A DNA stretch of 48,427 nucleotides from Eubacteriaceae bacterium (GTDB taxonomy: Bacteria > Bacillota > Clostridia > Eubacteriales > Anaerofustaceae): assembly GCA_036833715.1 (NCBI GenBank), contig DAITPG010000001.1, positions 1-48,427 of the forward strand, given 5' to 3'. Under the pieces are notes generated by a model. That model saw nothing but the letters and a program-made list of their open reading frames with translations, was not told where the DNA came from and searched no databases. Position 1 is the first letter of the stretch; each line of letters starts with the position of its first letter. This document shows positions 1-10,179 of the stretch, piece after piece. A program made the position numbers and the translations under genes.

Positions 1-315
1 GTCGAAGTAAATGCTGATGATGCAGAAATTATTGTAAGTCACATCAAATATCTGCAGGGCCTCGTAAACCATGATGGGATAATTGTTTTGCTTATTGTAG
101 ATATATTGCTCCACAGCCATTTTATACAGCTTGGTTTCGACGTATTTTTGATAGTCCGCAGCTTTATTGTAGTAAAGCCGGTTGATGACCCTCAATGAAG
201 TTTTATAGAAAGAAGAACTGAATTCGGGATACTCTATTTTATATTTTAATACAGTGACGCCGTCATATTTCATTTCTTTTTCTATTATTTTGGTTTCAAC
301 GGTAACAATTCTCAT
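1..315 (-). CDS. Partial CDS (N-terminal 105 aa, continues off the left edge); DUF3298/DUF4163-like protein
   Basis: ATG at 315-313 preceded by GAGGTG. Hand translation gives MRIVTVETKIIEKEMKYDGVTVLKYKIEYPEF...VTYNNFCIISIYFD with no stop to position 1. The IEYP and VTYNN..SI motifs resemble PdaC/RsiV-type DUF4163/DUF3298. Confidence 0.45.
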   Translation of the reverse strand, partial: MRIVTVETKIIEKEMKYDGVTVLKYKIEYPEFSSSFYKTSLRVINRLYYNKAADYQKYVETKLYKMAVEQYIYNKQNNYPIMVYEALQIFDVTYNNFCIISIYFD

Positions 316-405
316 CTTATATCACCTCATTCCAATATATGTTGGAATAAGGTGAATTGTGTATGTGCTTATATAAATTATCCGCTCAAAAGGAGAAGAG
401 AGCTG

Positions 406-1578
406 CTACAGGCTTCTTAACGCATCGATCGGATTGAGCCTGCTTGCCTTTCTGGCAGGCATATAACCAAAGATAATGCCCACCGCAGCCGAAAATCCGA
501 CGGCGAGAAGAATGGTGGAGACCGACATCGCGAAGTCGATGTCGATAAGGATTGAAGCCACATAGGCGATCAGGCAGCCAAACGCTAGACCGATGATTCC
601 ACCGATAATGGAAAGAAAGATCGATTCGATGATAAACTGCTGTTGAATGCGCGCGGGCGTTGCTCCCAGCGCTTTACGCAGGCCGATCTCCATCGTCCTC
701 TCGGTAATGGAAACCAGCATCATGTTCATGATCCCTATGCCGCCTACCACAAGGGAGATGGCGGCGATGCCTGCCAGCAGGTAAGACATCATCTGCATCA
801 TCGTCTGGAAGGTGCTGATCATGTCCCCCATATTAAACACGGTATACGCGTCATCTTTATAGTTGAAAGCGGCATTGAGCGTAGCCTTGATGTTGATGAC
901 CGTATCGTCGGCCAGATTGGTATCGATCAGATAAACATCCATATTGACGATATTTTTAAGACCGGAGGTTTTCATTGCCGTTGTGTAAGGGATGATCACG
1001 GTATCGTTAAGCGAGCCCGATCCATACCCGCTGGAGGGCACCAGCGTGCCGACGACCGTATAAGTCATACCCTTGATAATGACCTGCTTGCCGAGCGGAT
1101 CTTCTCCGTAAAACAAATCCTCGGCAACATCGCTGCCGATTACGGTCACCAGATTTTTGCTTTGCAGGTCGATCGCATTGATCGCTCTGCCGGACTTAAG
1201 TAATGTTTCGTCGGACTGAAAATACACTTCGTTTTTGCCCTGTATGCTTACGTCCTCTTTAACGGATCCGTTGTAGATGACATTGGTGCTGCCCGTAACC
1301 GTCGGAGAAATGCCGCTGATATTGTCGAGCGCGGCAATCGCCTGCATATCCTCGTCGCTGAGTCCTCGTTTGAGCGGCGTGCCGGATGCGCTGATGATGA
1401 TCTTATTGACGCCCAGCGCCGTTACCTGATCATTGATACTGTTGGTGGCTCCCTGCACGATGGTGATGAGCGCGATGATGGAGGCAACTCCGATCACTAT
1501 GCCGAGCATGGTCAAAAAGGATCTCAGCTTATTATTGATGATATTTTCCCATGACATTTTGATGCTTTCAACTAACAT
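406..1578 (-). CDS. ABC transporter permease, FtsX/MacB family
   Basis: 390 aa. N-terminal TM, a large extracytoplasmic MacB-type domain and a C-terminal FtsX-like 3-TM bundle ([25 protein letters not shown] motif). Lies 1 nt downstream of the ATPase gene. Confidence 0.85.
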   Translation of the reverse strand: MLVESIKMSWENIINNKLRSFLTMLGIVIGVASIIALITIVQGATNSINDQVTALGVNKIIISASGTPLKRGLSDEDMQAIAALDNISGISPTVTGSTNVIYNGSVKEDVSIQGKNEVYFQSDETLLKSGRAINAIDLQSKNLVTVIGSDVAEDLFYGEDPLGKQVIIKGMTYTVVGTLVPSSGYGSGSLNDTVIIPYTTAMKTSGLKNIVNMDVYLIDTNLADDTVINIKATLNAAFNYKDDAYTVFNMGDMISTFQTMMQMMSYLLAGIAAISLVVGGIGIMNMMLVSITERTMEIGLRKALGATPARIQQQFIIESIFLSIIGGIIGLAFGCLIAYVASILIDIDFAMSVSTILLAVGFSAAVGIIFGYMPARKASRLNPIDALRSL

Positions 1579-1579
1579 A

Positions 1580-2266
1580 TCAGCCCTTTCCTCCTTCCTC
1601 GCTCAGGCAGCCGTCAAGGATGTGGACGACTCTTTTGGCGTTTTTTGCGATATTGGTATCATGCGTGATCATTATAATCGTTTTCCCCTGCTTGTTCAGT
1701 TCAACAAACAGATCCATTACCTGCGCGCCGGTTTTCTGGTCCAACGCTCCCGTCGGTTCATCCGCCAGAATGATCGTCGGTTCGGTTACCAAAGCGCGCG
1801 CAATGGCTACCCTCTGCTGCTGCCCGCCCGAAAGCTGATTGGGCAGGTTGCGCATTTTATCCTGCAGACCGACCTGTTCCAATACTTCCGCAGCCCGCGC
1901 TTTCCGCTTGGCGGGAGCAAGCCCCGAGTAGATCAGCGGCAGCTCCACGTTTTGGAGCGCGTTCATTCTGGAAAGAAGCTGGAAGCTCTGAAAAACAAAG
2001 CCGACCTCCTTGTTGCGCACCTTTGCGAGCGCTTCTTCATCCAGTTCGGCAATATCATTGCCCGATAAGATATATTGACCCGAAGATGCAACATCCAAAC
2101 ATCCGATGATATTCATCATTGTCGATTTTCCCGAGCCCGAAGGTCCCAGGATCGATAAGAATTCCCCCGCATTGATGCTCAAATTCACATTATGCAGCAC
2201 TTCGAGTTCTTCCTGTCCCATGTAATAACTCTTGCAGATGTCCTGCATACAAAGAATTTCTGCCAT
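1580..2266 (-). CDS. ABC transporter ATP-binding protein (MacB/LolD-type)
   Basis: Walker [10 protein letters not shown], signature LSGGQQQR, Walker [12 protein letters not shown] and an H-loop ITHD. Confidence 0.92.
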   Translation of the reverse strand: MAEILCMQDICKSYYMGQEELEVLHNVNLSINAGEFLSILGPSGSGKSTMMNIIGCLDVASSGQYILSGNDIAELDEEALAKVRNKEVGFVFQSFQLLSRMNALQNVELPLIYSGLAPAKRKARAAEVLEQVGLQDKMRNLPNQLSGGQQQRVAIARALVTEPTIILADEPTGALDQKTGAQVMDLFVELNKQGKTIIMITHDTNIAKNAKRVVHILDGCLSEEGGKG

Positions 2267-2268
2267 GC

Positions 2269-3126
2269 CTACCTCATTCCGCCGAAGCCCATTTCGGACG
2301 TTGAAGAGGTTTTTGTATAATAAACCGTATCCCCTTCGGCAACGCCGCTTAAAATCTGCACGTTTACGCCGTCATTGATGCCCACGGTGATATCCGCTTT
2401 GGAATATTTGTTCTGCGCGTCCTTTTTAAGCACATAGGGATTGTTATCGCTGTCAAACAGAATGGAAGCCATCGGCAGCGTAACCGCGCCTGTCGCGTTT
2501 TCATGGATCAGCTTCACTTCGGTGGACATGCCCACCTTGATCGATTCATCATAGGCAAGCTCGATCACCGCGTCAAAATACGTTACGCCGTTGGAAATGG
2601 TGCCTTCCTTCGAAATGCTCTTGACCGTGCCTGTCAGTTCTTTGTCAAGCGCGCTGATTTTAATGGCCGCTTCTTTTCCGACGGTTACTGCCGGAAGATC
2701 ATACTCGTCCACTTTCACGCTGATCTGCATGGCGCTGTAATCCACCACATCCAGTAATTGAACGCCGGACATGACCTGCTGATTGACCTCAACATCCAAG
2801 TTGACGACTTCTCCGTCGATTTCGGCTTCGATATATTCGCCCATCGTCGTTTTCAAAAGATCATCGCCCTCTTCCACCATGTCTCCGTTTTCAACGTAAA
2901 TTTTGGATATTTGCATAACCTTTCCCGAAATCACGCTCTGCCTGTCCTTGGCTTCAATATTGCCGGTAAAAGTATAATAGGTCGTTATGTCTCCGGATAC
3001 CGCTGTTGCCGATGTGTAAAGATTCGTTTTGGGCCTGTTGATGAAGCCGATGATGGCAACGATGGCTATTACGCCTACCGTTATCAGAATCCATTTTTTC
3101 GATTTGGATTTTTTCTTTGCATTCAT
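2269..3126 (-). CDS. Efflux periplasmic adaptor, HlyD/MacA-like membrane fusion protein
   Basis: 285 aa with an N-terminal TM anchor and barrel-sandwich/lipoyl-like repeats. First gene of the adaptor-ATPase-permease operon. Confidence 0.75.
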   Translation of the reverse strand: MNAKKKSKSKKWILITVGVIAIVAIIGFINRPKTNLYTSATAVSGDITTYYTFTGNIEAKDRQSVISGKVMQISKIYVENGDMVEEGDDLLKTTMGEYIEAEIDGEVVNLDVEVNQQVMSGVQLLDVVDYSAMQISVKVDEYDLPAVTVGKEAAIKISALDKELTGTVKSISKEGTISNGVTYFDAVIELAYDESIKVGMSTEVKLIHENATGAVTLPMASILFDSDNNPYVLKKDAQNKYSKADITVGINDGVNVQILSGVAEGDTVYYTKTSSTSEMGFGGMR

Positions 3127-3286
3127 ATAAAATGATTACCTCCGCTATTGTGCTATGATTTTAATTTTTCTGTGTGAACTGTCTGTGAACTTGTCCATCT
3201 TTAATGAGGCTTTAATAATTGCCGTAAGATCGGTTTATTTGGGCAAATCTTCCTTATAAAAATAATAGCACACCTTTATCGGTTTC

Positions 3287-4069
3287 TTATCGTTTTTTGC
3301 CCGAGATCAATAAATATTCTCCCAGAATAAGCGCAGCAATCGCAACGGAGGCGGCAACGATAACACCGGGGTACTGCTTATCGAATCCATTGACTGACAA
3401 ATGTTTGGCTAAAATGCCGATGATCGCCCACAGCACCACGGCACCGTACGCTTTGTCATGATATCTCAGCATTACAAGCAGTCCCACAGCGCAGCTGACG
3501 GCGATCATGATCACAGTCCAGGCCGCATCGCTCAGACCCCAGCCGTTCCAGCCGATATCGACCAGCAGCGCGGTAATATTGGCAATCAAAGCCACCGCGA
3601 TCCAACCGTAATAGATACTGAAAGGGAACTTTATGAAAAAAGATTGTTTTGCGGTAAAACATTCGTTGCTCAGACGCAGATAAATGACCGTGAGCGCGAT
3701 AAATAAAACGACCATGATGATCACCGAAATCCCGACATTAAAATTATGCCAGGCGATGATCCACATGGCATTGGCAAAAGAGGATAAAATGAAATACGGG
3801 CTGATCTCTTCGATGATGTCGCTGATGCGCTGATCTTCGCCCGCTCCGAAAAAGCCCCATTGATACAGTACAAAAGCGCCCAGCAGCAGATAGATCAATC
3901 CCCAGATCATAAAAGTGAATCCCGCGGGCGTAAACAGGTTGGGATATGCGGCAGCTACTTCGCCTGTCGTTACGCCGTTAAGCGGCAGAAAGTCTGCCAA
4001 AAAGCTGAAGGTGATCATAACCAGATAAGCGGCGGTATTGATGATTTTTAAACCGGTTTTCTTTTTCAT
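3287..4069 (-). CDS. Polytopic membrane protein, TspO/MBR-related (tryptophan-rich sensory protein-like)
   Basis: 260 aa, about 7 TM segments and Trp-rich. The motif YPNLFTPAGFTFMIWGLIYLLL is recalled from TspO-related Firmicute proteins. Confidence 0.45.
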   Translation of the reverse strand: MKKKTGLKIINTAAYLVMITFSFLADFLPLNGVTTGEVAAAYPNLFTPAGFTFMIWGLIYLLLGAFVLYQWGFFGAGEDQRISDIIEEISPYFILSSFANAMWIIAWHNFNVGISVIIMVVLFIALTVIYLRLSNECFTAKQSFFIKFPFSIYYGWIAVALIANITALLVDIGWNGWGLSDAAWTVIMIAVSCAVGLLVMLRYHDKAYGAVVLWAIIGILAKHLSVNGFDKQYPGVIVAASVAIAALILGEYLLISGKKR

Positions 4070-4092
4070 TTCTCTATTCTCCTTTTACTGAT

Positions 4093-5340
4093 TTAATATA
4101 AAAAATAATAGGATTCCAAAAGATCGGTTCTGTTATATTTTTCTGCGGCGCGGTGGATCAAATTCTTGAGCGCACCCGCAGACAGGCTGCCTTCTTTAAA
4201 ACGCTCGAGTGCGGTTATCAGCTTTTGCTTTTCGGCGGAAATTAATGAAAAGTAAGTATCCCACAGATGATGCGCTGCAAGTTCAAAACCATTTTGCGAA
4301 ATTTCAAGCTCGAACGCGGCTTCGATATTTTTGTAAAACCTTAACACGTTCGGCGGCATTTCTTCATCCATATCGAGCTGATTGAGCTGATAGTAAAAAG
4401 GGCTGCGTTCCAAAACCGCGTAGCGGTATTTATTCCATTCCCTCGCCATTTCGGAAGCTGCAGCGCCATTCGTAAGATAAATGCATTTGATGGCTGAAAG
4501 ATTCTTATCCTTCACTTCCAGCATCATATCGATGTCCGACGAGCTGACAGTGCGGTAAAAATCCATAAATTCGGCGCTTCGTATGCTTTTTGCGTGCGCG
4601 CCCGCTTTTCGCCCTGCTTCCTGCTGCGCGTAATGGATCTTTTGTCTGCCGTCTTTTTCTTTCCAGGTATTCGCGCATTCACGAATCATCCGATCATGGT
4701 CAACTGTTTCTCCTCTGAAGATTTCTTCATGCAGATTATCATATACCACCGGCAGATTCGCCTTATATGCGATGGAGAGTACATCTTCCGTAGAAAAACA
4801 TTTTTCGTCGTTCTCGATGACCAGCCTGTTTTTGATGCGCTCTTCCAGCCCATCGCATCGGGATAGAAACCTGCGCACGGACTCTTCCTTATCCCCGTAG
4901 ATGCCGCCGACATGCAATATGAGCTTATGCTCAAACCCGGCCCCTAAAGCCTCCAGCACGTCGGTATGATAGCGCAGATCCCATTCGGCATTTTTAACGA
5001 CTTCCGCGTTGGGCGAATTAAGTACGGTATATTGTCCCGGGTGCATGGAAACGCGCATTCCGTTTTCCTTGATCATTTTGCCGATGGCATCGAATTCGTC
5101 TGCGAAAACCTCTTTCCAATTTAAAGTATTTACGGGGCTTGAGCCAAACGGAATCAAATCGGAGCTGATCCGAAAAAGTTTTATATTATATTTTGAATTA
5201 TATGCGACAGAATTTTTTAAAGCACGTAAATTATTCGCAATGATCTCCCGAAGTTTATTTTCATCCGCATTTTTCATCCTGCAGGTTGTTTGTTCGGTGC
5301 CCGGAACACCTAAAGTAGTGCAAGCATATCCGATATTCAT
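4093..5340 (-). CDS. uvsE: UV DNA damage endonuclease (UvdE/UvsE)
   Basis: 415 aa. N-terminus MNIGYACTTLGV...NIKLFRISSDLIPFGS and HPGQYTVLNSP are typical UvsE TIM-barrel motifs. Confidence 0.85.
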   Translation of the reverse strand: MNIGYACTTLGVPGTEQTTCRMKNADENKLREIIANNLRALKNSVAYNSKYNIKLFRISSDLIPFGSSPVNTLNWKEVFADEFDAIGKMIKENGMRVSMHPGQYTVLNSPNAEVVKNAEWDLRYHTDVLEALGAGFEHKLILHVGGIYGDKEESVRRFLSRCDGLEERIKNRLVIENDEKCFSTEDVLSIAYKANLPVVYDNLHEEIFRGETVDHDRMIRECANTWKEKDGRQKIHYAQQEAGRKAGAHAKSIRSAEFMDFYRTVSSSDIDMMLEVKDKNLSAIKCIYLTNGAAASEMAREWNKYRYAVLERSPFYYQLNQLDMDEEMPPNVLRFYKNIEAAFELEISQNGFELAAHHLWDTYFSLISAEKQKLITALERFKEGSLSAGALKNLIHRAAEKYNRTDLLESYYFLY

Positions 5341-5583
5341 GTTATACTCCCGTATTTTTATGGCTTACCTGTTATTTTGGTACAATTATCCAAATTTATT
5401 CCGTTTAAAACTGCCTATCAAAAAATAAAAACGCCATAGAAATACTTCTAAATTAGAATCATTCGTGTTATACTAAATTAAATCCTATTTTGTGATTTAA
5501 TCACCGAATAATCGCGCCTGACTGTATATACTAAAATCATAAACAGCTCAAACTGTTAAAAACAGATTTAAGGAGATATAAAA

Positions 5584-5895
5584 ATGTCAGTTTTAACCAT
5601 AACGAAAGATAATTTTGAAAAAGAAGTCCTTCAATCCGAAAAACCCGTGCTCATCGACTTTTGGGCACAGTGGTGCGGACCCTGCCGCATGGTTTCACCG
5701 TTGGTCGATCAAATCGCCGATGAATCCGACGGCACCTATAAGGTCGGAAAGATCAATGTGGATGAACAACCCGAACTTGCAGCCAAATTCGGCGTCATGA
5801 GCATTCCGACTCTTATGGTCATGAAAAACGGAAAGATTTCTTCCAGCTCCGTAGGCGCACGCAGCAAACAGGCAATATTGAGTATGCTTTCCTAA
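5584..5895 (+). CDS. trxA: Thioredoxin
   Basis: 103 aa with WCGPC active site. SD AAGGAG upstream. Confidence 0.92.
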   Translation: MSVLTITKDNFEKEVLQSEKPVLIDFWAQWCGPCRMVSPLVDQIADESDGTYKVGKINVDEQPELAAKFGVMSIPTLMVMKNGKISSSSVGARSKQAILSMLS

Positions 5896-5993
5896 GCATA
5901 CTCAATAAAAATTATCATAATAGCAGCTGCATATCCTCCCGTAAGGGCGGGTATTTGATATAGATAATCAAAGGATGAAAAGGAGCGGATAAT

Positions 5994-6395
5994 ATGGCAG
6001 AACAAAAATTTTATGTATGCGAACATTGCGGAAACATGGTCGGTATGATCAAAAGTTCCGGCATTTCCATGATCTGCTGCGGAGATAAAATGAAGCAGCT
6101 CAAGGCCAATACTTCGGATGGCGCGGTTGAAAAACACCTTCCCGTTATATCATCTACGCCGCAAAGCGACGGTGATACACTTGTAACGATCGATATCGGC
6201 AGTGTGCCTCATCCGATGCAGCCGGAACACTATATTGAATGGATCTATCTCGAAACTCAAAAGGGCGGCCAGCGCAAAGTCCTTGCGGCAGGCGAAGCTC
6301 CCAAAGCCGAATTTCTTCTCAAAGACGATATACTCGTTGTCGCTTACGCCTATTGCAATCTGCATGGGCTGTGGAAAACCGAAGTCAACCAATAA
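5994..6395 (+). CDS. dfx: Desulfoferrodoxin (2Fe superoxide reductase)
   Basis: 133 aa. N-terminal desulforedoxin-like CxxC...CC (YVCEHCGN...MICCG) and a C-terminal SOR domain (HPMQPEHYIEWI, CNLHGLW). Confidence 0.85.
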   Translation: MAEQKFYVCEHCGNMVGMIKSSGISMICCGDKMKQLKANTSDGAVEKHLPVISSTPQSDGDTLVTIDIGSVPHPMQPEHYIEWIYLETQKGGQRKVLAAGEAPKAEFLLKDDILVVAYAYCNLHGLWKTEVNQ

Positions 6396-6401
6396 AAAAC
6401 G

Positions 6402-6445
6402 GGCTAAGCAAATAAAAATTGCTATAGCCCATTATTATTTTTCTC
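6402..6445 (+). terminator. Putative intrinsic terminator after dfx
   Basis: Stem GGGCTAAGCAA / TTGCT(A)TAGCCC with a one-nucleotide bulge, followed by a T-rich run. Confidence 0.45.
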
Positions 6446-6515
6446 TAGCTGTTCATCGATAAGTTGCCGAACAATACGGAGCAGGAAAAGAGATGAAAAA
6501 GCCGCATTTAGTAAA

Positions 6516-6549
6516 ACAGAACCGATTCAGCATAGGCCTTCGGTTCTGT
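6516..6549. terminator. Hairpin terminator downstream of the LiaF-like gene
   Basis: 9-bp stem ACAGAACCG / CGGTTCTGT with T-rich flanks on both strands. Confidence 0.5.
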
Positions 6550-6562
6550 ATTTTATTACTGT

Positions 6563-7240
6563 TTATTTAATGTCTACGCCGCCGAATATGCATAGGGCAT
6601 CCACCAACAGAGCCGGAGCGTTTTCAACTGCCTGATAATGCCTTTTATTCGATACACCGCCAAAGATCGGCGTGGATTTCTCCTTTACCGTAACATGATA
6701 CGGGACACGGATATCAACTCCGCCGAAAACGGTCGTCACCTGAATCACCGCATCTTTTGCTATAATGGCATCCGTCAGATCAAGATTGACGCCGCCGAAG
6801 ATGGCGGTGATGCTTGCGCCCTTAAATTCCTCTTTCGGAAGACGGATATCGCGGCCGCCGAAAAAAACCGTATAGTTGACAAGTCCGTTTTGAATATCGG
6901 CGTAAGAAGTTTTTCTCTCCCCGATCGCATTTCCTCTGAGCAGTATCGTGACGCCCACGGCCACCAAGATGGCGGGAAAGATCATTTTGCCCACGAGCGC
7001 CCAGCGGATGAATCCCTGCTCGGACAACAGCATGACTCCGCCGATCAATACGCCTACGGCATTCATCGCGTTAAAGCCGTTCTGCACGATGCTGATAAGG
7101 CAGGGAATGATAATAAATAAAGTCCACCAACCGTCGAAAAGAAGGTTAAAATCCCAGAAGCCGAATGCCTGCCCGGCGATTCCCGCGCCGATCAGGATCA
7201 AAAAAACGCCCCAAAGTTTAGTTCCTGTGTTATTTCTCAT
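6563..7240 (-). CDS. LiaF-like cell-wall-active antibiotic response membrane protein
   Basis: 225 aa. N-terminal TM helices and a C-terminal domain with repeated FGG(V/R)DI(R/K) beta-strand motifs, as in the LiaF C-terminal domain. Confidence 0.6.
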   Translation of the reverse strand: MRNNTGTKLWGVFLILIGAGIAGQAFGFWDFNLLFDGWWTLFIIIPCLISIVQNGFNAMNAVGVLIGGVMLLSEQGFIRWALVGKMIFPAILVAVGVTILLRGNAIGERKTSYADIQNGLVNYTVFFGGRDIRLPKEEFKGASITAIFGGVNLDLTDAIIAKDAVIQVTTVFGGVDIRVPYHVTVKEKSTPIFGGVSNKRHYQAVENAPALLVDALCIFGGVDIK

Positions 7241-7427
7241 TTCATTTCTCCAAATATCTGTTATAATAACTATTATACTGCATTTATATTGGACGCGGTA
7301 AAAATTAACGCAACCTTAATTGATCATTAATCCCTTACAAATGATTCAAAAAAATACATCACTAATTTATTTTTAATTATAAAAATCTTTGATTTAAGCA
7401 AAATTTGTGTTAAATTATATATAATAT

Positions 7428-7628
7428 ATGATTGGGGGTACATTCATGCATTTCATAGTCGAAAGAGACTTGTTCATGAGCAAGCTGCAGGCGTACATCA
7501 ACGCCAAGACCGAAGAAGGTTACACATTAGTCAATGTGTTTGTCTCTGAACAGGATATCAGAGAAGGAAAAAACGGCACATATTCGCAAGCCAGCAAAGT
7601 TACGGTGATCATGTCCAAAGATGCTTAA
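7428..7628 (+). CDS. Small hypothetical protein (possibly DUF4177-like); true start may be the ATG at 7446
   Basis: A 60-66 aa ORF in an otherwise empty intergenic region. No recognisable motifs. Confidence 0.35.
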   Translation: MIGGTFMHFIVERDLFMSKLQAYINAKTEEGYTLVNVFVSEQDIREGKNGTYSQASKVTVIMSKDA

Positions 7629-7716
7629 CAGCATCTTTTTCCTTACGTATTTCAAAAATCTCGGCTGAGATTTTTTTTATTTTCCGCGGATGATAATCAC
7701 AAGACAATTAAATATT

Positions 7717-7745
7717 TTGCATTCGCGGTACATAAGCTGTATAAT
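7717..7745 (+). promoter_or_regulatory. Sigma-A-type promoter for the small membrane protein/ybjQ pair
   Basis: TTGCAT (7717-7722), a 17-nt spacer, then TATAAT (7740-7745). Confidence 0.5.
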
Positions 7746-7794
7746 CAGGATGAATAACACTTCAATAATCAATGACAGAAATGAAAGGGCGGTT

Positions 7795-8025
7795 ATGAAA
7801 TCAAAAATCAAAAAATTCATTGCCCCTGTTGTGATCACGATCGTTATGGTGCTTTATTTTATCGGTTATGCCGCGGCCTGCATGGTCTTTAAGCAAATGC
7901 CGATTATGGTTAAAGTGGCAGGGATATTGATTCCCCTTGGTTTAGCCGGAGTATGTGTTTTTGTGCTCTTGGAAAGAATAAAAGAAATAAGGAGCGGAGA
8001 AGAAGATGATCTTAGTCAATACTGA
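7795..8025 (+). CDS. Small two-TM membrane protein
   Basis: Start trimmed to ATG 7795 (MKSKIKKF...), which has AAAGGG upstream. Overlaps the ybjQ-family gene by 20 nt, suggesting coupling. Confidence 0.5.
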   Translation: MKSKIKKFIAPVVITIVMVLYFIGYAAACMVFKQMPIMVKVAGILIPLGLAGVCVFVLLERIKEIRSGEEDDLSQY

Positions 8026-8317
8026 TTACATCCCGGGCAAGGAATTTGAAATGCTGGGGCTTGTCAAAGGCAGCACCATTCAATCCAAAAACATCGGCCG
8101 CGATATAACACAGGCGTTTAAAACACTTGTAGGCGGAGAACTGAAGGCTTATACCGAAATGATGAACGATGCCAGAGCGCTCGCAACCAAGCGAATGGTA
8201 GCCGAAGCGGAAACCCTTCATGCGGATGCTGTCATCAATATCCGATATGCGTCATCATCGGTCATGCAGGGCGCAGCCGAAGTCATGGCGTACGGCACCG
8301 CCGTAAAATTCAAATAA
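8006..8317 (+). CDS. ybjQ: YbjQ family protein (UPF0145)
   Basis: 103 aa. GKEFEMLGLVKGS...FKTLVGGELKAYTEMM...AVINIRY is the typical YbjQ signature. Confidence 0.85.
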   Translation: MILVNTDYIPGKEFEMLGLVKGSTIQSKNIGRDITQAFKTLVGGELKAYTEMMNDARALATKRMVAEAETLHADAVINIRYASSSVMQGAAEVMAYGTAVKFK

Positions 8318-8341
8318 AACTCGTAATGATTTAATCAAATA

Positions 8342-8378
8342 AAAGACTTAAGCAAAATACATTTGTTTAAGTCTTTTT
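8342..8378 (+). terminator. Intrinsic terminator after ybjQ
   Basis: 10-bp stem AAAGACTTAA / TTAAGTCTTT followed by a T run. Confidence 0.6.
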
Positions 8379-8566
8379 AAATATTCCTATTAGCAGCAAT
8401 TGAAATGTTTCACGAGAAACGACTATCTAGAGCTTCGGTTTCATATTCAGGCGATTTACACGATGATAGGTATTTTGGGGGCGGAGCCGAGTCCGATTAG
8501 CCGGATGTTCATTTCTTAAGGTCATGTTCGGTGATCGATACAAACAACAGTCGGTAGTAAGAAAAA

Positions 8567-9199
8567 TCAAAGATTTTTGTCCGAGAATTCGCACAGTTCT
8601 TTCAACGGGCATTCGCCGCACAGCGGCTTTCTTGCTTTGCAGATGCGTCTGCCGTGCCATATCAGCCAGTGATGGGCCGATGACCATAATTCTTTATTTA
8701 TGATTTGCTGCAGCATCTGTTCCGTTTTAACGACATCCGCCGAATGAGCAAGGCCGATACGGTTGGACACACGCTGGACATGCGTGTCCACGGCAATTGC
8801 GCTGACCCCGAAAGCGTTTGCCAAAACGACATTGGCCGTTTTTCTGCCCACACCGGGCAATTCCACCAGCTCTTCAAAAGTTTGCGGCACTTGTCCTTTG
8901 TACTTTTCAGCAATAATATCGCTTGCTGCAATGATATTTTTTGCTTTTGAAGGGGACAGCCCGCACGGGCGGATGATTTCTTTCAGCTTTTCTTCGCCCA
9001 TTCTGAGTATGCTTTGGGGATCGCCGGCGAGGGTAAACAGCTCATCGGTTACGATATTGACGCGCACATCAGTGCATTGGGCGGACAAAATCGTTGCGAT
9101 CAAAAGTTCGTAAGGCGATCCGAAATCGAGTCCGCAGCCCAGATCCTTATATATCTCACCCAAAATGAAAATGATCTTATCGGCTTTGCGTTTATCCAT
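8567..9199 (-). CDS. nth: Endonuclease III
   Basis: 210 aa. HhH-GPD motif (LVELPGVGRKTANVVL), catalytic VDTHV, and a C-terminal 4Fe-4S CX6CX2CX5C (CKARKPLCGECPLKELC). Confidence 0.92.
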   Translation of the reverse strand: MDKRKADKIIFILGEIYKDLGCGLDFGSPYELLIATILSAQCTDVRVNIVTDELFTLAGDPQSILRMGEEKLKEIIRPCGLSPSKAKNIIAASDIIAEKYKGQVPQTFEELVELPGVGRKTANVVLANAFGVSAIAVDTHVQRVSNRIGLAHSADVVKTEQMLQQIINKELWSSAHHWLIWHGRRICKARKPLCGECPLKELCEFSDKNL

Positions 9200-9345
9200 A
9201 TATTGTAAAACCTTTAAATATTTATTTATATTGTATCATTTTATGGAAGACGAAACATTGATTTTCAATTAATTTAAGTTCATTCGGTAATATTCTTTCA
9301 AATTATGAGAAAAATAACAACGAAATAAGTAAGGGAGGTAAATAT

Positions 9346-9540
9346 ATGAAATTTTCTGTCATTGGTCTTACTGCTTTGACCGCAGTTACCGTAGGAGCGG
9401 TCATGCTTTTAAAAGATGATCAAAAAAACATGAAAAAAGTAAGCCGTGCCGTTTCCAAAGCGGTGGATGATACCGTGAGCAGCGTTAAAAGCACAGCAAA
9501 CAAAATCACCAATAACGTAAATAATATGAAGACTTATTAA
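9346..9540 (+). CDS. Small membrane-anchored protein (YtxH-like)
   Basis: 64 aa. SD GGGAGG upstream, an N-terminal TM helix and a helical tail. A terminator follows. Confidence 0.45.
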   Translation: MKFSVIGLTALTAVTVGAVMLLKDDQKNMKKVSRAVSKAVDDTVSSVKSTANKITNNVNNMKTY

Positions 9541-9568
9541 TTTGCACCCTGTTCTGTATGATAAAAGC

Positions 9569-9600
9569 CTTCCGGCAAGCCGGAAGACTTTTTATTTTTC
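9569..9600 (+). terminator. Intrinsic terminator
   Basis: CTTCCGG-CAAG-CCGGAAG hairpin followed by a T-rich tract. Confidence 0.65.
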
Positions 9601-9661
9601 AAATAAGAAAGAATTTCGTAAAATTAATTCGTATAATTTATCGTTTATCAATATATTAATA

Positions 9662-9690
9662 TTGACAAATGATAAAAATAGACATATACT
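9662..9690 (+). promoter_or_regulatory. Near-consensus sigma-A promoter
   Basis: TTGACA (9662-9667), a 17-nt spacer, then TATACT (9685-9690). Sits about 20 nt upstream of the GGAGG/ATG at 9710. Confidence 0.55.
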
Positions 9691-9709
9691 TGTTGTAACG
9701 GAGGTATTT

Positions 9710-10174
9710 ATGAAACCGACTCACAGGCAATTGATTACCCGCCTCAGCAAATATCTTATGCTTGCCTTAATGGCAACTGCCATTATCATTATGGCTGTGC
9801 TTCCCTTTACATTGACACAATTGATGATTTTTTTTAAAGAACCGCTCATCGACCAAATGCTCGCGTTTTATTATATCTTTTTATACGCCTGCGGAATATT
9901 GGCTTTTTTGATCTTAAACAATCTGCGCAGCCTTTTTGATTCCATGATCAAAGATCAGCCGTTTGTGCGCTCCACCGAAAAACGGCTCATGCAGATCGGC
10001 ATCGAAAGTTTTATGATCAGCTTTCTTCTTATAGTCAAAATATTCGTCCGCAATTCGCTCATGACAGTGACCTCGGCCGCTGTATTTATTATCGCCGGCC
10101 TGTTTTGTTTTGTGTTGAGCGATCTGTTTCACCGGGCGGTCGATTATAAAGAAGAAAATGATTTGACGATATAG
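9710..10174 (+). CDS. DUF2975-like four-TM membrane protein
   Basis: Start trimmed to ATG 9710 (GGAGG upstream). The family assignment rests on the recalled pairing of DUF2975 membrane proteins with a YozG-type HTH gene immediately downstream. Confidence 0.6.
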   Translation: MKPTHRQLITRLSKYLMLALMATAIIIMAVLPFTLTQLMIFFKEPLIDQMLAFYYIFLYACGILAFLILNNLRSLFDSMIKDQPFVRSTEKRLMQIGIESFMISFLLIVKIFVRNSLMTVTSAAVFIIAGLFCFVLSDLFHRAVDYKEENDLTI

Positions 10175-10179
10175 GTGAA

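Noticed and set aside
643-2068. Long plus-strand ORFs (643-1203, 1433-2068, 1620-1838) overlapping the ABC permease and ATPase genes
   Set aside because: They are antisense shadow ORFs inside genes with unmistakable ABC motifs. Their translations are Arg/His/Gly-rich and low-complexity, with no SD.
5878-5905. A perfect 12-bp hairpin (TTGAGTATGCTT-TCCT-AAGCATACTCAA) spanning the trxA stop codon
   Set aside because: No U tract follows it and dfx starts 89 nt downstream with its own SD. I cannot tell a terminator from a stabilising structure, so it is not called as a feature.
8427-8687. An 86-aa minus-strand ORF spanning the nth 3' end and the downstream spacer
   Set aside because: It overlaps nth in another frame, has no SD and has an Arg-rich nonsense-like sequence. 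I also could not recognise any ncRNA in the 185-bp spacer (8381-8566).
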